Shown piece after piece: positions 27,495-32,000 of a DNA stretch of 32,000 nt (positions are counted from its first letter, which is position 1; the number at the start of each line of letters is the position of its first letter). The stretch lies in contig JAQTTP010000001.1 in NCBI GenBank assembly GCA_028710695.1, positions 206,132 through 238,131 of the forward strand. Direction: 5' to 3'. The position numbers and the translations under genes are program-made. The notes under the pieces were generated by a model. That model was not told where the DNA came from and searched no databases. It saw only the letters and a list, made by a program, of their open reading frames with translations. Source of the stretch: Candidatus Iainarchaeum sp. Lineage in GTDB: Archaea; Iainarchaeota; Iainarchaeia; Iainarchaeales; 0-14-0-20-30-16.

Positions 27495-27941
27495 TTACTT
27501 TCTTGGGGAAAAACCCCAAATCTCGTCGCCAACGTAATGTAAGTTCTTTACTACTTTTCCCTTATCCATGCCTTTAATCTCTGTAGAGCTATATATTGCA
27601 AACCCTAAGGCCAGATTTTGTTTGTGTTCTGCATCGGCAATGAAAACCACAGAATCTTTTTGAAACTCTTCTGTAGAGATTATTCCTGGGCGCATTAAAT
27701 CTGCGCCTTTTACCACAAAAGGTATTGCTCCTTTGTCTACATAAACATGTGGGAAAGTCAGAGTTGTATTTTTTAGAGTGGGATATATCTGTCCATCATG
27801 CTCAAAAAGTATTGGTGTTCCATTTTGTAAGAATAAGTTTTCTGCTTTTTGAACTCTATCTTTTATATCAAATGAAATGTTATATTTAGAAATCTTTTCA
27901 TTTAGTTCCTTTATTTCTTTTTTGCTTAAAGTTTGTAGCAT
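27495..27941 (-). CDS. PUA-domain RNA-binding protein
   Basis: PTLKNTTLTFPHVYVDKGAIPFVVKGADLMRPGIISTEEFQKDSVVFIADAEHKQNLALGFAIYSSTEI: PUA domain pattern. Confidence 0.85.
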   Translation of the reverse strand: MLQTLSKKEIKELNEKISKYNISFDIKDRVQKAENLFLQNGTPILFEHDGQIYPTLKNTTLTFPHVYVDKGAIPFVVKGADLMRPGIISTEEFQKDSVVFIADAEHKQNLALGFAIYSSTEIKGMDKGKVVKNLHYVGDEIWGFSPRK

Positions 27942-28001
27942 ATAATCCCTAAATATGTATAGTAGAATTAGATTTATATATGTTAGAGGAGTATATCACT
28001 T

Positions 28002-28469
28002 ATGTACGAAAAAAAATACTTACTGATGGCTATTAATGAGGCGAAAAAAGGGGTAAAGAAAAAACATGGCGGACCTTTTGGGGCTGTGCTTCTTGTAGAT
28101 GGAAAAATCTTCAAAGCCCACAATATGGTTCTAACAGATCACGACCCAACAAGGCATGCAGAGATAAGAGTTATCTCTAAAGCCTGTAAAAAATTAAAAA
28201 AAGAAAAACTTAAGAATGCAGTTTTATATTCTTCAACAGAGCCATGTCCTATGTGCCTATCCGCAATCCATTGGGCAGGGATAGATACAGTTTATTATTC
28301 AACAGAAATAGAAGATGCCGATAAAGCAGGATTTGATGAAATTAATTTGCATGCGGATAAAATCATTAAGCTTGCAAAACTAAAAATGAAAGTTATTGGC
28401 GGCTTAGAAAGAAAAAAAGGACTGGAAGCATTTGAATTATTAAAGAAAACAAAACTAAAAAGATATTAA
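28002..28469 (+). CDS. Cytidine/deoxycytidylate deaminase-fold enzyme (guanine deaminase-like)
   Basis: HGGPFGAVLLVDGK, TRHAEIRVI (HAE), SSTEPCPMCLSAIHWAGIDTVYY (PCxxC), ADKAGFDE. Confidence 0.9.
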   Translation: MYEKKYLLMAINEAKKGVKKKHGGPFGAVLLVDGKIFKAHNMVLTDHDPTRHAEIRVISKACKKLKKEKLKNAVLYSSTEPCPMCLSAIHWAGIDTVYYSTEIEDADKAGFDEINLHADKIIKLAKLKMKVIGGLERKKGLEAFELLKKTKLKRY

Positions 28470-29248
28470 ATTCCAAGGATTTCTTTTACTCTTGATTTTG
28501 TAAGATCTAATTCATAAGGATAAAATCCATCAGTTCCTTCTTTGAAATATCTCTCAATTAATGAAAGATAGTTTTTTGCATAGGCTCTGCCTACTACTCT
28601 ATTTAGAAGAATTTTTTTTCCACGTAATAATGCTGATTTGTTTCTTAATATGAACTCTGCCAGCAAAAATTCAGCAGGATGCATGCCCAACTCTTTTCTG
28701 AATTTGTTTGCTTCATTTGTTTCTGTTTTATAATCATAAAGCCCATCTCTGAATAATGTAGGTCTATGTAAATATCCGGGTTTAGTTCTTAATCTTTGTA
28801 TTACGTCAATTCTAATACAATCATCAAAATATCCGTTACCACTAAAAAAACCTAAAACAAATCTGGGGGCTCCAATAGAATCTTTTAAAACATAGTGCTG
28901 GTGTTTGACAATTGCTGCTCCAAGTCTGTTTCTTACTTCTTCTTCGTCGTATGCATCTCCATATCTCCATTCGCTTGCAAAATCTATGGAATAAACATCT
29001 GTTCTTTTTTTTGCTTCGTGGAAAGGAATAGATTTTCTTTCATCTATTTTGGACGCCGTTTTTTGTCTAAATCTTCTATCTTTGATTCTTCTTGCACTTT
29101 CCATAAGCTTGTAAATAATGTCCTGGCTCGCACCTTGTTTTACTGCCTTTTCAACAAGTTCTTTTAATCTAGTATCAACTGGATTTCTTTGTTCTCTGTT
29201 CATAATACTATGAAAATGTCTTTCGGGGCTATAAGGTCTTTTTGGCAT
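28466..29248 (-). CDS. Uncharacterised two-domain protein, intact paralog (260 aa from ATG at 29248)
   Basis: MPKRPYSPERHFHSIMNREQRNPVDTRLKELVEKAVKQGAS... plus FRKELGMHPAEFLLAEFILRN. The track start at 29269 adds 7 residues that overlap the upstream ORF. Confidence 0.75.
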   Translation of the reverse strand: MPKRPYSPERHFHSIMNREQRNPVDTRLKELVEKAVKQGASQDIIYKLMESARRIKDRRFRQKTASKIDERKSIPFHEAKKRTDVYSIDFASEWRYGDAYDEEEVRNRLGAAIVKHQHYVLKDSIGAPRFVLGFFSGNGYFDDCIRIDVIQRLRTKPGYLHRPTLFRDGLYDYKTETNEANKFRKELGMHPAEFLLAEFILRNKSALLRGKKILLNRVVGRAYAKNYLSLIERYFKEGTDGFYPYELDLTKSRVKEILGI

Positions 29249-30022
29249 TGTTTGTACCCCCGCTTCCAATAATTTCTTGTACTTTCTTTTTGTTTAAATC
29301 AAGAGTATATTTGCCTATGTTGAGTAACCCTTTTTTTGGTATAAAATATCTATCTAATAGTGGCGGATAATTCTTTTGGCCATAACCCCCAAACATCATG
29401 AAATCCATGATTACTTCTCCTCCACGCAAGATAAATTCTCTATTTCTAAATATAAATTCTGCTAGCAAAAACTCAGATGGATACATACCTAATTCTTGTT
29501 TAAATCTGTCAGATTCCACTTTTTCTTTTTCTGGATTCCATGCATATCCATGTTCATCTCTTGTGTATGCTGGTTTTGTTCGTTCTCTTTGTATAGAATG
29601 TATTACTATCTTTTTTCTGCTTACCTCATCATAGCAGAGGGTAAACCTTGCGGCTCTATTTCCATCTCTCAGTACTAAATGTTTATAACCAACTAGGCCA
29701 GGAACTATTGCATTTGTGTGCACATCTAAGAATTTGTCTGCATAGCCCCACATTGGAACTTCATAAAAATCGTATGTGCCTGTTTTTGCTTTTACATCTT
29801 GGAAAGAAAGAGTTTTTTTTCTGGGCCTTTTGCTCTTGGGGCGTGAAATCTATTATCTTTTATTCTAATTGCTGATTCTAGTAAAGAATGCATTAATTCT
29901 CTGCTGGCCCCTTGTTCTTTTGCACGTTCTAAAAGTGATTTTAATCGTAAATCAACAGAATTAGTTTGTTTTCTTTTTAAAACACTTTCAAGATGTCTTT
30001 CTGGCTTGTAAGGCTTAGGCAT
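29229..30022 (-). pseudogene. Second paralog of the same two-domain protein, interrupted by a -1 frame change at an A8 tract (pseudogene, sequencing indel or programmed frameshift)
   Basis: N-terminal domain in ORF 29792-30052 (MPKPYKPERHLESVLKRKQTNSVDLRLKSLLERAKEQGAS), C-terminal domain in ORF 29229-29753 (FKQELGMYPSEFLLAEFIFRN). The -1 frame between them reads KTLSFQDVKAKTGTYDFYEVPMWGYADKF, aligning with KSIPFHEAKKRTDVYSIDFASEWRYGDAY in the intact copy. Confidence 0.8.
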
Positions 30023-30032
30023 ATAATTACCT

Positions 30033-30914
30033 CTACTGCCTGCCGTTTCCATTTTTTTTCATTTCTGCTTTATGAATATACATCTTTTTTTCTGCAGCAG
30101 ATTTAAGATCATCAAGATATTGATCTATTTGTTCTATTTTTTCAGGAGTTAGGCCGCTATATTGTAGAACATTTTTAATTGCTATTGGACAAGGCTTTGC
30201 CCCAATATTAAATCCAGATGCAAATTCTAAATCTGGAACATCCATCTTTAAACTGCGGGAAACATTTTCTTTTTGTTCTAGCCAAATTTGCTTAGCAATA
30301 TTATATAACTCGTTGACTAATTCTGTAGTGATTTTATAATAATCATAACCTCTTGCTCTTGGACAACTAACAAGCATTTCAAATTCGTCTCCGCCAGTTC
30401 TTCCCATCGTGAATTTTGTGTCTGAACCTTCATGTTTTCTTGCAAGTTCGGTTGCTGCTAAACCCATAACACTTAGATAGGTGTTTCCTAAACCATGCCC
30501 AAATTCGTCGTTTATTTTTTTCAAATTATTCATATCAATATATACATATGAAAAAACCCTGTCTGGATTTGTAACATAATGTCTTGCCCTAAGTTTAAAT
30601 CCTCTTTTATTTAATAATCCTGTTCCTTCATCTCTTTCTGAAAAACTTACTAATCTATGGAGATGCCTTATTCTCATTGTTTCGTATCTTTGTTTTAAAG
30701 TTTCAACGAAATTTCTGCTTGCTTTATCTCTTCTTGCTTGTAATAAAAGTTCTGGGTAATTGTTAGTAATAGTTTCAATCCTTTGGGCAGCACCCATTGG
30801 CGTATTTGAGGGATTAGCTCTTCGATCTAATTGCTCCGGAACTTCGTGTTCAGTTCTAGTAATTCTTCTTTCATGATGTCTTAAATTACGATTAGGTTGT
30901 CTTACTTTCCCCAT
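30033..30914 (-). CDS. GGDEF-domain protein (putative diguanylate-cyclase-fold)
   Basis: DEGTGLLNKRGF, YVYIDMNNLKKINDEFGHGLGNTYL, GRTGGDEFEMLV. Confidence 0.88.
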   Translation of the reverse strand: MGKVRQPNRNLRHHERRITRTEHEVPEQLDRRANPSNTPMGAAQRIETITNNYPELLLQARRDKASRNFVETLKQRYETMRIRHLHRLVSFSERDEGTGLLNKRGFKLRARHYVTNPDRVFSYVYIDMNNLKKINDEFGHGLGNTYLSVMGLAATELARKHEGSDTKFTMGRTGGDEFEMLVSCPRARGYDYYKITTELVNELYNIAKQIWLEQKENVSRSLKMDVPDLEFASGFNIGAKPCPIAIKNVLQYSGLTPEKIEQIDQYLDDLKSAAEKKMYIHKAEMKKNGNGRQ

Positions 30915-30955
30915 AATGAAATATAACTAGCTCAGGTATAAAAAGATTTCTATGA

Positions 30956-30963
30956 TATAAAAT
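30956..30963 (+). promoter_or_regulatory. TATA-box-like element
   Basis: TATAAAAT about 25 nt upstream of the hairpin cluster preceding tRNA-Gly. Confidence 0.4.
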
Positions 30964-30980
30964 GTATTAATTGAATATCC

Positions 30981-31043
30981 CAAACCCACTGGTTTGTGGA
31001 TCTGGTCTGTTTTTGGCAGACCGTGCCTTTTTTCCAAAAAGGC
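30981..31043 (+). other. Three consecutive hairpins upstream of tRNA-Gly; possible structured leader or small ncRNA
   Basis: CAAACC-cact-GGTTTG (30981-30996), GGTCTG-tttttgg-CAGACC (31004-31022), GCCTTTTT-tcc-AAAAAGGC (31025-31043). Confidence 0.5.
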
Positions 31044-31047
31044 TGGC

Positions 31048-31119
31048 GCGGCTGTGATGTAACGGTTAGCATAATGGCCTTCCAAGCCGTTCGTCCGGGT
31101 TCGAATCCCGGCGGCCGCA
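31048..31119 (+). tRNA. trnG: tRNA-Gly (anticodon TCC)
   Basis: GCGGCTG-TG-ATGT-AACGGTTA-GCAT-A-ATGGC-CTTCCAA-GCCGT-TCGT-CCGGG-TTCGAAT-CCCGG-CGGCCGC-A; complete cloverleaf, CCA not encoded. Confidence 0.95.
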
Positions 31120-31125
31120 TTTCTA

Positions 31126-31161
31126 AGCTTTTCTTTCTTTTAAAAAAAGAAAAGAAAAGCT
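31126..31161 (+). terminator. Long A/T hairpin downstream of tRNA-Gly
   Basis: agcttttctttctttt...aaaagaaaagaaaagct; about 16 bp with a single bulge; T-rich 5' arm. Confidence 0.5.
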
Positions 31162-31183
31162 CCAGTCGTGCAAAAGAAAGAAA

Positions 31184-31951
31184 ATGGTGGACGCAAGGTC
31201 CACAGAACACTATTTGTTTGGTGGTTGGTTGTTAGGATATATTTTGTTAAGCTCAATTATTGTATCTCTAATATCTGTATTGGGGGTAGTATTCCTTTAT
31301 GGAAAAACTTGGGCTCAAAGATTTGTGGATTTTGCAGTAAGCTTTGCTATTGGTGCAATTCTAGCAAATGTTTTTTTACATCTTTTTGAAGAAGCTGCGG
31401 AGTCTTATTCAATTTTATTTGGAATATTTGTTTTACTTGGAATAATTTGTTTTTTTATATTTGAAAAATATTTATTTTGGCACCACTGCCACAAACTTGA
31501 AGACCATGATCATTGCATAAAGCCGGTTGGTTATCTTACTTTATTTGCTGATGGAATACACAATATTTTTGATGGTTTTTTGATTGCAACCGCATATAGT
31601 ATAAATATTTCTGCAGGATTGTCTACTACATTAGCAGTGATTCTACACGAACTTCCACAAGAAATTGGGGAGCTGGGTTTGCTTATTGCAAGCGGATTCA
31701 AAAAAGGGAAAGCAGTTTTGTACAATTTTTTGAGCTCTCTATTAATTTTTTTAGGAGTTGGATTATTTTACTTATTATCTTCAAATTTTGCAAACATCCA
31801 GCCGTATTTAATTGCTTTTGTTGCAGGTAATTTCCTTTATATTGCGATGTCTGATCTGATACCTATCCTTCACGAGGAAAAGAAGCTATCAAAGTCCATA
31901 TTGCAGCTAGGATTTATCATATTAGGCATAGTTTTGATCCTAATCTTGTGA
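31184..31951 (+). CDS. ZIP family divalent metal transporter
   Basis: FADGIHNIFDGFLIA and ILHELPQEIGELGLLIASG (TM4/TM5 metal-binding motifs), multiple hydrophobic helices. Confidence 0.92.
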   Translation: MVDARSTEHYLFGGWLLGYILLSSIIVSLISVLGVVFLYGKTWAQRFVDFAVSFAIGAILANVFLHLFEEAAESYSILFGIFVLLGIICFFIFEKYLFWHHCHKLEDHDHCIKPVGYLTLFADGIHNIFDGFLIATAYSINISAGLSTTLAVILHELPQEIGELGLLIASGFKKGKAVLYNFLSSLLIFLGVGLFYLLSSNFANIQPYLIAFVAGNFLYIAMSDLIPILHEEKKLSKSILQLGFIILGIVLILIL

Positions 31952-32000
31952 TAGATTTATTTTTATTAATTTGCCCACCAAATCTTTCTAATCTTTAAAG

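Noticed and set aside
28895-31389. Plus-strand ORFs 28895-29167, 29398-29634, 29496-29678, 29648-29875, 30996-31235 and 31168-31389, and minus-strand 30950-31210
   Set aside because: Antisense to conserved paralogs or overlapping the tRNA-Gly and the ZIP gene out of frame. The last two groups read through the tRNA.
1-32000. CRISPR array, transposon or integrated virus
   Set aside because: No regularly spaced repeats, transposase, integrase or capsid-like ORFs; gene content is chromosomal housekeeping plus lineage-specific orphans.

Overview
The window looks like a gene-dense, AT-rich archaeal chromosome segment. The gene content (thermosome, L44e, EndA, TruD, Hel308-like helicase, intron-containing tRNA, many short lineage-specific proteins) suggests a DPANN archaeon of Woesearchaeota/Pacearchaeota type; the lineage is an inference. 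Recognisable genes are a cytidylate-kinase-like P-loop kinase, an SMC-like ATPase, ribosomal protein L44e, a DHH phosphoesterase, an FKBP-type PPIase, a predicted Ser/Thr kinase, EndA, TruD, a Hel308-like helicase, a U32 peptidase, the thermosome, a PUA-domain protein, a CMP/guanine-deaminase-fold enzyme, a GGDEF protein and a ZIP transporter. There are two tRNA genes: one with an apparent 88-nt intron, best read as Trp-CCA, and Gly-TCC. The most interesting observations are: (i) a tandem array of three diverged paralogs starting 'M(a)YTGPVIFIVHSP', one running off the left edge and absent from the ORF track, interleaved with an HEXXH...ExxAD putative metalloprotease; (ii) a cassette at 28.5-30.9 kb made of a GGDEF-domain protein, unusual for an archaeon, plus two tandem copies of an uncharacterised two-domain protein, one copy split exactly at an A8 tract where a -1 slip would restore a full-length paralog; (iii) an SMC-like protein whose canonical hinge seems to be replaced by about 65 residues; (iv) a large secreted Cys-containing protein with three internal repeats; (v) several strong intergenic hairpins, including three in a row between a TATA-like element and tRNA-Gly. 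I found no CRISPR array, transposase or rRNA.
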